Shown here piece by piece: positions 12,899 through 25,744 of a DNA stretch of 64,000 nucleotides (position 1 is its first letter; each line of letters starts with the position of its first letter). The translations under genes were made by a program, and so were the position numbers. The notes below the pieces were generated by a model, which worked only from the letters and a program-made list of their open reading frames with translations, searched no databases and had not been told where the DNA came from. The stretch comes from Octopus sinensis (Eukaryota): assembly GCF_006345805.1 (NCBI RefSeq), contig NC_043000.1, forward strand, positions 154,442,001-154,506,000, read 5' to 3'.

Positions 12899-12960
12899 AA
12901 ACAACAACAACAACAACAACAACATCAGCAGCAGCAGCAGCAGCAGCAGAAACAACAGAA
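12633..12960 (+). mobile_element. Unclassified (CAA)n-tailed retroposon-like element
   Basis: ~210 bp match the reverse complement of 63244-63453, and both copies end in (CAA)n. Confidence 0.7.
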
Positions 12961-13069
12961 GGAACACTACGTCTCTGAGCCAGTAGCTATAGTGTGCTGT
13001 TAAGTGAATTTTTGCTAATCAGTAAGACGGCCATCTTACTGTTTGGCAAAATACTATGTATATTGTATG

Positions 13070-13119
<50 letters not shown>

Positions 13120-13699
13120 TGAGGGGAAAAGTGGCAGAATTCGTCTGTCACTTAGCGCTAACAGAATTAAGCTATTTTACAAATGTCATTTATGTTTCCC
13201 AATATAGTGTCCTACTTCAGTTAAGTTCTTGTGATGTTGACATTAAATGACTGACCAATTATTCTGTAGAGATATATTAATGTAGTTAAAATCGTAGAAA
13301 CAAATTGTTATGTCTAATATAAGGAAATCGAATAAGGCTGCCAGCTGGCAGAACCGCTAGCACACCGGACAAAGTGCTTAGCAGCATTTCGTCCGTCTTT
13401 ACGTTCTGAGTTCAAATTTCGCCGAGGTCGACTTTGCCTTTCATCCTTTCGAGATCGATGTAATCAACTTACCCCCCTCCTTCCCCGAAATTACTGACCT
13501 TCTGCCAAAATTTGAAACCAATATGAAGAAATCGAATAGCAGGTAAATAGGAGGGCAATTGGTGGTCGGAATACTAGCAAGCAATTGATACATCTTTCGC
13601 CAGTAAACCAGTATTCCTACTCTTTCTCAAGTTTACTTTAAGGTCTAATATCATTTATCTTTGACTTGTTTCGGTTATTAGTCTGCTGCCATGCTGAGG

Positions 13700-14075
13700 C
13701 ATTGCCTTGAAAACCTTTTAGTCGAATGAACCGACCCCAGTACTTCTTTTTTCTTCTTCTTTTTTTTTTTTTTGCTAAACCTGATGCTTATCCTATCGGT
13801 CTCTATTGCTGAACTGCTGTTTACGGGAACATAAACACACCAACACTGGTTGTCAAGTAGCGGTACTGGCTGACAAACACAGCTATAAATACACATACAC
13901 ATACAAATATACAACGGGCTTCTTTCAGTTTCCGTCTACCAAATCTCCTCACAAGGCTTTGGTCGCCTCGAGGCTATAGTAGAAGATACTTGCCCAAGGT
14001 GCTACGCAGTGGGACTGAACCCAGAATCATGTGGTTGGGAAGCAAGCTTCTTACTACACAGCTACGCCTGCGCCT
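13700..14075 (-). mobile_element. SINE family C
   Basis: tRNA-like head (GGCTGTGTAGTAAG...GGGTTCAGTCCC), CTTGGGCAAGT domain and internal CA/TA microsatellite. Sister copies at 25240-25675, 27706-28195, 29505-29945, 36740-37135, 40875-41283, 41606-41760, 47121-47518, 50485-50885, 53295-53440. Confidence 0.9.
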
Positions 14076-14556
14076 ATATTAATACCATGACAGCTAATTC
14101 ACAACTTTTGTTTGTGATCTTTTGATCTTAAATCAGCATGTCTGCTGTAAATGATCCGCTACTTTAAGACCAAAAATCTGTTGATCACTGTGTCTTCCTG
14201 AACTGTAGTAGGAAGGTGTTCACTCACGTCCAACGATCTGAAATTCGTGCTGTATGTTGGTACGGACAGAAAGTACGGATTTTTAGCAGCGCAATTTCGA
14301 CTACCGACATTTTAGCCCACTCTTCTTAACAGTTGTTTTGATCGATCAGTGACTAATAGTCGGAGGAGTTACAATATTAAAATACACAAAAATGAATTTT
14401 CTCTTTCTTTCTCACATGGCAGTAGTCTCTTGACACAGGATTCTCTCTTTATTTTTCTCTCGGCTTCTGACTGTTTATTCTGGCAGCAATCGTACATTAG
14501 ATGTTATTTTGTTCGTATTTCATCCTCTCTTGCTAGTAGTTAACTTCTCCCTCGGT

Positions 14557-14760
14557 ATCATCATCATCGTTTAACGTCCGTTTTCCATGTTGGCATGGAT
14601 TGGACGGCTTGACATAAGCTGGGAAGCCAGGAGGAAATGTCAAGCTCTATTGTTTGATTTGGCATGGTTTCTAGATGTCCTTCCTAAGCCCCAACCGCTT
14701 TACAGTGTGTACTAGGCGGCGTCACCAAGTAGCTTTCAAAACAAAGACCCCTCGACTTCG
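14557..14760 (-). mobile_element. Retroposon 3' fragment with (TGA)n tail
   Basis: CATCATCATC-GTTTAACGTCCGTTTTCCATG...GATGTCCTTCCTAA..CCAACC resembles a common invertebrate retroposon 3' end (recognised from memory). Confidence 0.5.
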
Positions 14761-14852
14761 GGCGGAGAGAATAGTATTGAGGAAGATGAATTTGTACTAG
14801 TTGAGGAAATGATTAACAGATATTAAAGAGAATAGAGGTAGGTGTTCCGCTG

Positions 14853-15213
14853 TAGAGGAGATACACGGATACCCCAGTCGGGAAATAAGAGGTAGAAATA
14901 TAGCCTCTAGATAATTAGAGGACATACACGGATATGCCAGTTGGAAAATAGGAGGGAGAAATATAGCCTCTAGATAGTTAGAGGATATACACGGATACTC
15001 CAGTCGGAAAATAAGAGGGAGAAATATAGCCTCTAGATAGAGGAGATACACGGATACCCCAGTCGGAAAATAAGAGGGAGAAATATAGCCTCTAGATAGA
15101 GGAGATACACGGATTCTCCAGTCGGAAAATAAGAGGGAGAAATATAGCCTCTAGATAGTTAGAGGAGATACACGGATATTCCAGTCGGAAAATAAGAGGG
15201 AGAAATATAGCCT
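14853..15213. repeat. Minisatellite, 6 units of 59-63 bp
   Basis: Unit GAGGAGATACACGGATACCCCAGTCGGAAAATAAGAGGGAGAAATATAGCCTCTAGATA(GTTA). Units start near 14853, 14916, 14979, 15038, 15097 and 15160. Confidence 0.95.
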
Positions 15214-16245
15214 TTCATCCTTTCGGGGTCGATAAATTAAGTAGCAGTTACGCACTGGGGGTCGATATAATCGTCTTAATCCGTCTGTCTGTCCTTGTTT
15301 GTCCTCTCTGTGTTTAGCCCCTTGTGGGTAGTAAAGAAATAGGTATTTCATCTGTCTACGTTCTGAGTTCAAATTCCGCCGAGATCGATTTTGCCTCTCA
15401 ACCTTTCGGGGTTGATAAATTAAGTACCAGTTGCGTACTGGGTAGATCTAATTGACTGGCCCCCAAAATTTCAGGCCTTGTACCTAGAGTAGGAAAAGAA
15501 TATTCTTTGTATATATTTTAAGGTGGCAAGCAGGCAGGATCGTTAGAGCGTCTGACAAAAGTTTAGCGGTATTTAGCCTGTCTTTACGTTTTGAGTTCAA
15601 ATTCTTCCGAGGCCGGCTTTACCTTTCATCTTTTATCTTTTAGTCAATAAAATAAGCACAAATTGAATACTGGGATCGATATAACCGACTTATCTACTTC
15701 CCCAAAATTGCTGGCCTTGAGCCAAAATTTGAAACCAACATTCTTTCAACATATTTTAAGGTTGCAAACATAGAGGATCGTTAACGCGTCTGACGAAATG
15801 TTTAGCGGCATTTCTCCCGATCCTTCAAGTCCAAGGTCAGCTTTGCCTTTTACCTTTTCGAGGTCTATAAAATAAAGTACTAGTGAAGCACTTGCTCCTC
15901 CCCCCCGCCAAGAATACTAGCTTCGTGCCAAATTTAGAAAGAATATTCTGACATGCATAAACAAATCAATGTAGTACAAGTAATATTCCTATTTCCGTGA
16001 AAATACCACGACGTCTGTAATATACATATGATATAACTTTAAAATTGCTACTACGGGTATCACAATAACATATGCAATGATATCGCTAAGAGTATCCCTA
16101 CCGTCATCAATATAACAAGTCAACGAGGACAAGTGAACTCGATTTGCTTAAAATAGCAGCCAAAGCGGCCTCAAACCACACCCTACGGTTTTTTTTTTGT
16201 TTTGAAAGAGGACATATCGAGTAATGTGATCTTAGATACACTCTA

Positions 16246-16468
16246 CTCTCTGTCGAAGGATTAAAGCCCGAAACAGACTTTTCACTCCTCAGAGCAATCA
16301 AACCTATCAACATTCTATGAACTCTCCTAATATTTATACATGGCGAATACCGAAAATCAAGATTAAACATCTCGAGAATCTCAATTCTCAATTTAAGAGA
16401 TATAACTTCATTTATATCACTTATACATTTGGAAAAGGTATGGACATCCTAATCTAGTACTTGATGAT
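16246..16468 (+). repeat. ~220-bp direct repeat, copy 1 (possible PLE pseudo-LTR)
   Basis: High similarity to 17442-17663. Starts with hammerhead-like CTGTCGAAGG...CCGAAAC. Confidence 0.75.
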
Positions 16469-17441
16469 ACAAAGTTGGGATGGTCATAGGTTGTATGCTT
16501 TTCATTATAGGTCAACTCGATCAAGGCTAAACAACAAAGTGACATTCTTGCCCATTACCATAAGCAAAACAACAACCACCACCACCACCATCACTACCAC
16601 CACCACCACCGTTGCTGCCGAACTCTGCTTGTGTGAATATGAACTGAATGAAGCTGTATGTAGATTTCTTGAAAGTACGTACATTTGGAAAGAATTTGAA
16701 TTTTATGTAAATTGATATTCACCCACCTCTCTCTCTCTCTCCCACACTCTCTCTCCCCCTCTCGCTCTCTCTTTGCGCATTTGCTTGTCTGCTTCTATGT
16801 GTGTCTGGATATATATCTAGCGAAGGCAGAACGAATTCTTCGTGATAATTGATAGTTCCAGTCAAATTTCCAAAATAATTCGTTCGTAATTGAAAATTCC
16901 TACCTAGATTTCAGGAAGTACTATAGCTTATACGGAAGCGTCTAGAATTAATATCGTAAATAGTGGTCGCAGTTGAGGAAGATTTAAGCTCTTGGTAAAC
17001 CGAAACCTAGATACGGATTCAGTTCTCGATAAAAACCCATTCATTTCATATATACGCACAAATGATTGAGGGAACGGCATGAATGTCACACTGTCCTTTT
17101 TCTCTACCCCTCTCATTAATAAATGACTTTGTGTAAGTTAAAGTAAAATTCTATATAGGGTAAAGTCTTCAAACGAAGAAAAAAAATGTTTGATATTGTC
17201 TTTCGGAGCGTTGACCTTACCATTATTTTCTTCTCAGTCAGATTCTACTTTTAGAATATTCTGACCAAGATCCTGTTCCGGTTCTCGCATTCATTCCATC
17301 TTTCTCTCCTCGTTTCATATTTTCTATCCTATCTCACTTTTTCTTCTCTCTGGTCCTACTCCATCACTTCAATATATCTCTCTGCACTTCATCGTCATTC
17401 ACTGTCTGCAGCTAAGCGAACAATATTTTTATCTTTCTCTT

Positions 17442-17663
17442 CTCTCTGTCGAAGGATTAAAGCTCGAATCAGAATTCTCACTCCTCAGAGCAATCAAACC
17501 TATCAACATTCTATGTACTCTCCTAATATTATATTTGGCGAATACCGAAAATCAAGATTAAACATCTCGAGACTCTCAAATCTCAGTTTAAGAGATATAA
17601 CTTCATTTATATCATTTATACATTTGGAAAAGGTATGGACATCCTAATCTAGTACTTGATGAT
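17442..17663 (+). repeat. ~220-bp direct repeat, copy 2
   Basis: Matches 16246-16468. Preceded by a pyrimidine-rich tract and, at ~17145, an FYIG-like codon string. Confidence 0.75.
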
Positions 17664-18429
17664 TGCTATAGTATAATGCTAATTAAAATCAACGATCTGT
17701 TTGGAATAATGGAACAAGTTTCAGTGAGATGAAGTTTTGATAGAAGGCATTAAAAAAAAATTACATACATGCTAATAATCTTAGAAAATATATGATTGTC
17801 ACATCTTTTATTTTTGTCTTTCGTCTAAAATATAAAGCCCTAACAATGTGTGCTAAAAAAAAGGGTGGGTTACTGTAGCGTGTGATCTCCAAGGGAGATT
17901 ACTTTAGGTTACTTTTTAAAAATTATTTTGTCCATACTTAGCATTGTAAATGTGGTTCTTCAAAATTCTTACTATTTTAATAATAAGAAAATCATATAAT
18001 AATTAAAATAAGCGCGTAGATCATCCACCAAAGTAAATTTGCTGGCGTAGATCCCACGGAAAGTAACACTAACACAAAGTAATCTCCCTTTAAATTGTAG
18101 ATCACACGCCAAAGTAGCACTTTTCTTTTTCTTAAGAAATGATCTGAATTTAGTGCTGGTTTCTTGTAAAAATGCAACTCCCTTCGTCTCGTCGTTGATC
18201 ACACTGTAAAAATCTTTAGCCAACACCTTACGGGTCTTTAGAAATTGAAACGTAGACTCAAAAGTAACCTCGAGTAATCTCCCTTGTCGATGACACGCCA
18301 AAGAAACACCAAAAGGAGTCTCTATGCAATCGTTGTGTCTCCTGACTGAAAGTAACAGTAAAATCTCCCTCAAATCCTATCCTACTGTATTTGTAAGCGA
18401 AAGATTACAGTGGATAATGTGGTTTTAGA

Positions 18430-18818
18430 TGGAATGGAAGCACTCCGTCGGTTCCGACGACGAGGGTTCCGGTTGATCCGAATCAACGGAACAGCCTGCT
18501 CGTGAAATTAACGTGTAAGTGGCTGAGCACTCCACAGAAACGTGCACCCTTAACGTAGTTCTCGGGGATATTCAGCGTGACACAGAGAGTGACGAGGCCG
18601 GCCCTTTGAAATACAGGTACAACAGAAACAGGAAGTAAGAGTGAGAGAAAGTTATGGTGAAAGAGTACAGCAGGGATCACCCCCCCCCTGCCGGAGCCTC
18701 GTGGAGCTTTTAGGTGTTTTCGCTCAATAAACACTCACAACGCCCGGTCTGGGAATCGAAACCGCGATCCTACGACCGCGAGTCCGCTGCCCTAACCACT
18801 GGGCCATTGCGCCTCCAC
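18430..18818 (-). mobile_element. SINE family B (tail B1), full length
   Basis: Reverse complement of 11615-12004. TSD GGTTTTAGAT. Confidence 0.95.
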
Positions 18819-19548
18819 GGTTTTAGATACTACCTGATTAAAAATAAATGAATAAAATGAATCGCATTGCCAAGGTCACACACGTTTGATTATAAGTTGA
18901 CCAGGGCTGATCTTGGGTTAAATAAGCCAAACCTCTCAGAAATATGACTAATATTTATTTCAAGTATAGTCCGCAAATCTGTTTTGATTTGCATTCGTAA
19001 CCAATTCAGTTCACGTCTGCAGAATGAATGTCATATGATCTGATTGCATTTGATATTAATTTTTCTACAAATAGAAACTCAATGCACCGTATAGTGAACA
19101 GCTTAACAGTAACATTTAAGCCTCTAGCAAGCCGAATCAACGACTCGATTTGAATTTCCGGTTGGAGTAATTTCCTTTCAGCTTCTGCCTGCACTTTAAT
19201 GGCTTGGAAAGGCAGAAAAGTTACAGCATACCATTTCCTTTTTACTGACAAATAATATGAAGGCCCTGAAGTAAACATAAATAAATAATAATAAAGAGTC
19301 GCAATTTAAATATTCTATATCACAGAATTGTGAAAATGATTGTAATTATGTAAGTTATTCTAGTTCCACAACATAGTCTAGAAGTGGAATTTTTTGCTGT
19401 CGCTCCAGTTCAGATCTGATTTAACAGTCCTGTGACCAAATTGTCTAATGCAAATAGAAACATCACCCTCTGTTCAGTTTTCTGCTAATTTGTGTTACAC
19501 ACATACACACACGCACAAGCGTGCACAAACATATATGTGGGTAGGGTT

Positions 19549-20238
19549 CAGTGGCGGCTCGTTTGTAGGCATTGCGGAACTGTAGCACCCCCCATTTCCA
19601 CTCGATATTATCGATAAAATTCAATATAATGAGTCCTTTTTTCTTTATTTTTTTCTTTATACTTGTACATTATATACTCCTTAAGCTTAATGTCAGTAGC
19701 CATCCCCTAGTCTATGAAAAAAATACAAAAACCCTTGTATAGAACTGTGCGCTCCACAGTTCCAGCGATGCAGTGTTTGGTTGTTCTGCGCATGTTCACA
19801 TGTCCGAGATAGGAAGCTGCACGCTAGGGAAAGAGAGCAGTACCCTTGTGTGCTGGTGAAATGTAATGTTTCTTTTTGACTCCGCGTGTGTTGTGCTTAC
19901 AAACATGTTTATATTCTTGAATATGATAAAGTGTAGAATTAGATTATTATCCTGCTTCCAGCTATACTGTTGCTGCCAGGATTTGAAAAATAGGGCAGGT
20001 ATTATCCCCTTATTTTGTGAGACTAGGAGGGGATTTTTGAAAAACAAGGGGTAATTCGCGGTGATGCTCAGCGAACAAATTAAGCACACTACCTGGCTGT
20101 GGCTAAAACACGAACCGATCAAGTTTATGTATAAATTTTCTTTTTATATGCTTGTTTTCTTTTACACACTATTAAAACAACGGCTAAAACTTTTCTGAAG
20201 CAGCACCCCCAACTAATTTTATCTACGAGCCGCCACCG
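19549..20238. mobile_element. Non-autonomous hAT-like element, 690 bp
   Basis: TIRs CAGTGGCGGCTCGT / ACGAGCCGCCACCG. 8-bp TSD GTAGGGTT / GTAGGTTT (7 of 8 match). Confidence 0.8.
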
Positions 20239-21051
20239 GTAGGTTTACTTATTCTCATACTCAACTTTGTGTTGTTGTTGAATTATTTTGTGCTCATGGG
20301 TTTGCACTTCCTAATATAGAATTATTTTGATTTGCTGTAAATGTTGGTGGTAAAACATAGAGCGAAAAGGTGCTGTCGACCTCGGCGGAATTTAAACTCA
20401 GAATGTAAAAATTCCGCTGAGGTCGAGTTTGCCTTTCGTTCTTTCGAAGTTGATAAAATAAATGCGGAGATCAATGAATCAACTAGCCCGTTCCCTGCAA
20501 ATTCCAGGCATTGTGCCTAAGGTAGAAAATATTCTTCTTATTATTATCATTATTAAAGTGGCGAACAGGTAAAATCATAAAATCATTAGCGCGTCGGACA
20601 AAATGCTTAGCAGCATTTTTTCCGTTTTTTTTAATGTTCTGAATTCAAATACCGCCGAAATTAACTTTGCCTTTCATCCTTTCGGAGTCGATAAAATAAC
20701 TACCATTCAGATACTGGACTCGATATTATCAAGTAACCCTCTCCCCCTAGAATAGCTGGCCTTGTGCCAAAATCTGAAACCATTATTATCATCACGATCA
20801 TCATTCATTGAATAATTTCATTCATTCTACCTGTCGGAGATTCTCAATTTGGTCACGTCATTTGTTAAAAATCGTAGGCTGTTTCTAAGTCTGTCGAGCG
20901 CCCTTGAAATGATTTCTGAAAGTCATTTAATCTTGTTGGATAGCGATAAAGTATATTGTCATTTCAAGATATGTCAACAAAATAGCCATAGCCGTCGTAC
21001 TGGTACGTTAAATGTTGTGTTTCAATGCTGTATTGTACTACAGACTATATA

Positions 21052-21263
21052 TACAATGGGGTGCTGAAAAGTTCCGGGTTTTAAAAGTGTCGCGAAAGGT
21101 CTGGTTAGGGCCCAGCCTTCCGAGTTCTTTTACAGGGCTTAGAAAAACTGAAGGACCGCTGTAATAAGTTTAAGAGGGGAATATGTTGAATAAAATCATA
21201 ATTAATTGATCCTCCTGAACTTTCTTTAACCGAAAGCCAGGAACTTTTCAGCACCTCCTCGTG
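21052..21263 (+). mobile_element. Mariner-derived MITE
   Basis: TIRs GGGGTGCTGAAAAGTTCC / GGAACTTTTCAGCACCTC. Interior encodes a mariner-like C-terminus (LEKLKDRCNK...RGEYVE*). Confidence 0.8.
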
Positions 21264-21284
21264 TGTGTGTGTGTGTATATATAT

Positions 21285-21354
<70 letters not shown>

Positions 21355-22204
21355 ACACACAAAATTAACAACTACGAATGTAGAAACATTGACTTTGATA
21401 TTTCCGCTGATAAAAAGATATCACCTGCACTCATTTAAATCCTCTGTTAGTATATCATCAGCGGTCGATCACCTCAATTTTTTTTTTATTCACGAAGATA
21501 TTGTTTAAATTACAAGATGTATACTGTGTTGGCTATGGTCTAAAGCAGAATATAAGATTGAAACAAAGATTGTTAATGCACAAATAATTTATTTAATAAA
21601 TAGGATGCGACCAATGAACAATGTATGCAGATTAGTATGACAAGTTTATTTAAGCCCTTAGTTATGGAAAGCTTATAAGGTGTGTTTCTGTGGACAATGA
21701 AGAGAAGAGAATATTTAGTCGCTGATGAAATACAACACAGAACTCATCCAGTGAACATCTTTTGCGTTCATGAAGCAAGGTTATCATTCGGCCGATTAGG
21801 CTAAAATACTCAGATATCGACTCATACATGTATTTCTGCGAGTGGTCACATGACCTGATCACGCGATGGTCGAGTTTTTTTTGGCTTTACGCGGGCTATC
21901 CAATCCCGTTACGTAACAGACCAGCCGAGCATGGGAAATTATGATTATTAGCTGTAGCCTACCATCACTTTTAAAAAGAGGAACCTTTCTCGCTATTCTC
22001 CAGTGTGGTGGACACTGTCGAGTTCGGATCTTGGCAGAGGGGAAGTTTATTTCGTAGGTAGCCTCAGGTAGCCTTGACGCGTTATGTCTTTTCCTATCTT
22101 CCAGCAGAAGTCATATCACGTATTTGGTTTTCTGTTCTCTGCCGCATACACCATCAAGTTCCAACTGCATGAGAAACCTATATATATATATATATATATA
22201 TATA

Positions 22205-22265
22205 TTGATTTTTGATTTTGAATTTTCCAGTTTCAGCTCATGAGCTGTGGCCATGCTGGGGCACC

Positions 22266-22268
<3 letters not shown>
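22205..22268 (-). mobile_element. Isolated LINE/SINE 3' tail with (TCAAAA)n-like end, inside (TA)n
   Basis: Minus strand GGCGGTGCCCCAGCATGGCCACAGCTCATGAGCTGAAACTGG is homologous to the SINE C tail and the 10317-10368 LINE tail. Flanked by (TA)n on both sides. Confidence 0.7.
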
Positions 22269-22354
<86 letters not shown>

Positions 22355-23177
22355 GAAACACTCCTGTCACAATCTGGGACCTTGAAGACTGCTTCAATGC
22401 AAGAAAGTATACTAGTCCCTTAATATTTTATATTCAACATTTCTTCTATTCAATAATACAATCAATACTTCATTTCATTTTACTATATATACTATTTATA
22501 CTATATATTCTATATTCTACATTAATATTATAAAGAATATAAATAAAACATAAAAAACAGACAGAGTTGGAATTCCTTTGAATAATATATATTCCTCTAT
22601 ACACAATCATACAAATTCCTTTATCTATATACATATATGTTTTTTTCTGACAGTATCATTCATGTTGTACCACTTTTGCTGTACCTTTAATTAGGCGTTG
22701 GAATAAAGTGTAGCAGTCAGTTACAACTTTTGTACTCGTATTTCTTTTCGCTGTTATACTTGACTCATTTGGAATCAGGAAATAATATTACCCGGGCTCC
22801 ACTTCAACCTTTAAAAATGTATTGTATACACATGGAGTTTTGGTTAAAAATTTATATAAATTCTGTAATACAGCAAAGCAATATCGTCATCATATATACC
22901 ACATTAGGTGTAATAGCAATGCCTGGCTTTATTGCCCCCTAAACAGCTGATTTACCATTACGCCATTTGCACTACAAAATGGTGTCCTCATATCAACACA
23001 AGCGTCGTGAAGAGCTATTGACCGTTATAACGAGAGCGGTTTCGTGAAGTGCCATTGTGAGTCATAGCGGCACTAACGGCGTAAAGCGGTGCCTTCCGCC
23101 ATAACGATACTGTGACATGAAGTATTGTCGGTCATAGCAACAGTGACGTCGTAAAGCGGTATTCTGTAATAACGGCG

Positions 23178-23391
23178 GCGAGCTGGCAGAAACGTTAGCA
23201 CGCCGGGCGAAATGCTTAGCTGTATTTCGCCTGCCGCTACGTTCTGAGTTCAAATTCCGCCGAGGTCGACTTTGCCTTTCATCCTTTCGGGGTCGAAAGG
23301 GGTTGATATAATCGATATAATCGACTTCATTCGTTTGTCTGTCCTTGTTTGTCCTCTCTGTGTTTAGCCCCTTGTGGGTAGTAAAGGAATA
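23178..23391 (+). mobile_element. SINE family A (tail A1), full length
   Basis: Head GGCGGCGAGCTGGCAGAAACG...GAGTTCAAATTCC. 20-bp TSD GGTATTCTGTAATAACGGCG at 23158-23177 and 23392-23411. Confidence 0.95.
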
Positions 23392-24710
23392 GGTATTCTG
23401 TAATAACGGCGCCCATGGAAACCACCCTTTAAAATGCGGCGAGCTGTGAGTTTGTGGGGCAGTTGGCATCGGGATCAGTTGACTAGAGGTGCAGTCGGGA
23501 GATGCAACGACAAGGATGACAAGCGTGGCGAGAAAGACAGACACAGAGGATTGAGGACATGTCAATAGGGAGGAGGTGAGAGAGATTACGGCGAGAAGGC
23601 ATGGCTATTGAAATCTAGGACTTGTGTTCAGGGGTTACCTACCTATCATTGAAGTGAAAATTAGTGTATTTTTATACTTATGCATTCACGTGTGAGTCTA
23701 CGACTAGATTTGCTGTGCTAAATTGTTGTATTGACTGATTAACCAACAGTAAGAAATAGTCTAGTAAAGTTACCTTCTAACTATGGTGTGTCCCACTCTA
23801 CTCCAACCGACCCAGTCGCAAAAATGTTTACGTTTTAAACAGGACAGCGCTTCATTTAAAACTAATATAAAAAAAAATTAAAAGAAAAACACCATTAGCT
23901 CAAGATTATAAATATTACTGGAATGTAAGACAAATTCAAAAATAACTAGCAATCTGTTTGATATTGGCTTAAAGTTTAACATATTTATTCAATTTATCTA
24001 ACAACAAAGCATTTGTATTCTGTTTTGACACTCAGAACACTCCACTCTTGTTTTCACTATGTTCTCTTAACGTACCCTTTCCACTACCTCTCGTCACCTT
24101 CTTTCATCCTCTTACAGTCTTCATCTGTCTGACTCAAGTTCTCAAATTCTCAATGTCTGTCCAATTCATATTTTTTATTCTCTCTCTCTCTCTCTGTTGA
24201 ACCCCACTTTCTTTTACCTTTTTTCACTCTTTATCTCTTCTACTGCTGCTACTACACTCTTGTGCCTATCTTATGTCTTTCTCTTGTTAACCAACCGGCA
24301 CGTCACCGTCTTTTCGTCTGTTACACACTCACCTACATAATTATCTGCCTGTTACTATCACTTTTAACTGGTGTATTCAAATGGAAATAGCCTAAGGTCG
24401 GGTTACTCTAAGTGACTGTTTGACCATAAGTCAGCTCTGATCTAGCAGACCTACAATCATCATCTTTCCAAACGTGACTTTCTTGCTTTTAGCTTATCCA
24501 GGCTTTGTATATCTAGGACTACACTTGCCAGTCCTCGAGTTTCATGTCTCCGCTTTCAATTCGTCTTTTACCAAACATCGTGATGTTTGGTAACCGACGA
24601 ATTAAATTGTCACGACCAACACAGCTTCATTGCAAGCCAAAATAATGCAGTCGCCTTCCTCCTACAGTCAAAACTCTTCACCATCCACCAAATGACATCA
24701 TACTAGTTAC

Positions 24711-24897
24711 TTATTTCTTTACTACCCACAAGGGGCTAAACACAGAAGAGACAAACAAGGACAGACAGACGGATTAAGTCGATATCGACCCCAGTCCGTA
24801 ACTGGTACTTAATTTATCGACCCCGAAGGATGACAGGCAAAGTCGACCTCGGCGGAATTTGAACTCAGATCGTAAAGACAGACGAAATACTGCTAAG
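24711..24897 (-). mobile_element. SINE family A (tail A1), 5'-truncated
   Basis: TSD CATCATACTAGTTAC / CATCATACTAATTAC at 24696-24710 and 24898-24912. Confidence 0.9.
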
Positions 24898-25674
24898 CAT
24901 CATACTAATTACTGATTGGCGAAAGTGAAAACAGAAACATTAACTCAATGATTCCTTCTATATTATCCAATGTTCTTTCAAGGCCGAAAGGAGTGATTCG
25001 AAGTTAATTTGGTTACTGTTTCTACTAGGTTTGTTTATAAATAAAACTTAGTGTAGTTACGTTCAGTAAGGACTATTGCTGTAGAAGGTTTGGAAGGGGA
25101 AACATCCGAAGAACTAGAATCCAGAGATATAAAAGACTTTGGACGAAGAGAAATTAAATTAGATATATAAAACTCATTCATCCACAACGTTCTATACTAT
25201 TTCCTCTAAATCACCCTCTATGGAAAACACTATTATTATTATTACTCTTTTTACTCTTTCTCTTTTACTTGTTTCAGTCATTTTGACTGCGGCCATGCTG
25301 GAGCACCGCCTTTAGTCAAGCAAATCGACCACAGGACTTATTGTTTGTAATCCCAGTACTTATTCTATCAGTCTCTTTTGCCGAACCGCTAAGTGACGGG
25401 GACGTAAACACACCACCATCGGTTGTCAAGCAATGCTAGGGGGACAAACACAGACACACAAACACACACACATACATATATATATATACATATATACGAC
25501 GGGCTTCTTTCAGTTTCCATCTACCAAATCCACTCACAAGGCATTGGTCGGCCCGGGGCTATAGCAGAAGACATTTGCCCAAGATGCCACGCAGTGGGAC
25601 TGAACCCGGAACCATGTGGTTGGTTAGCAAGCTACTTTATTTCATTTAATTTGCCACACAGCCACTCCTGCGCC

Positions 25675-25744
<70 letters not shown>

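Noticed and set aside
12776-13003. PolyT/polyQ ORF
   Set aside because: It is the (CAA)n/(CAG)n tail of a dispersed repeat.
14853-15213. CRISPR-like regular repeat
   Set aside because: There are no unique spacers, the context is eukaryotic and there are no cas genes. It is a minisatellite.
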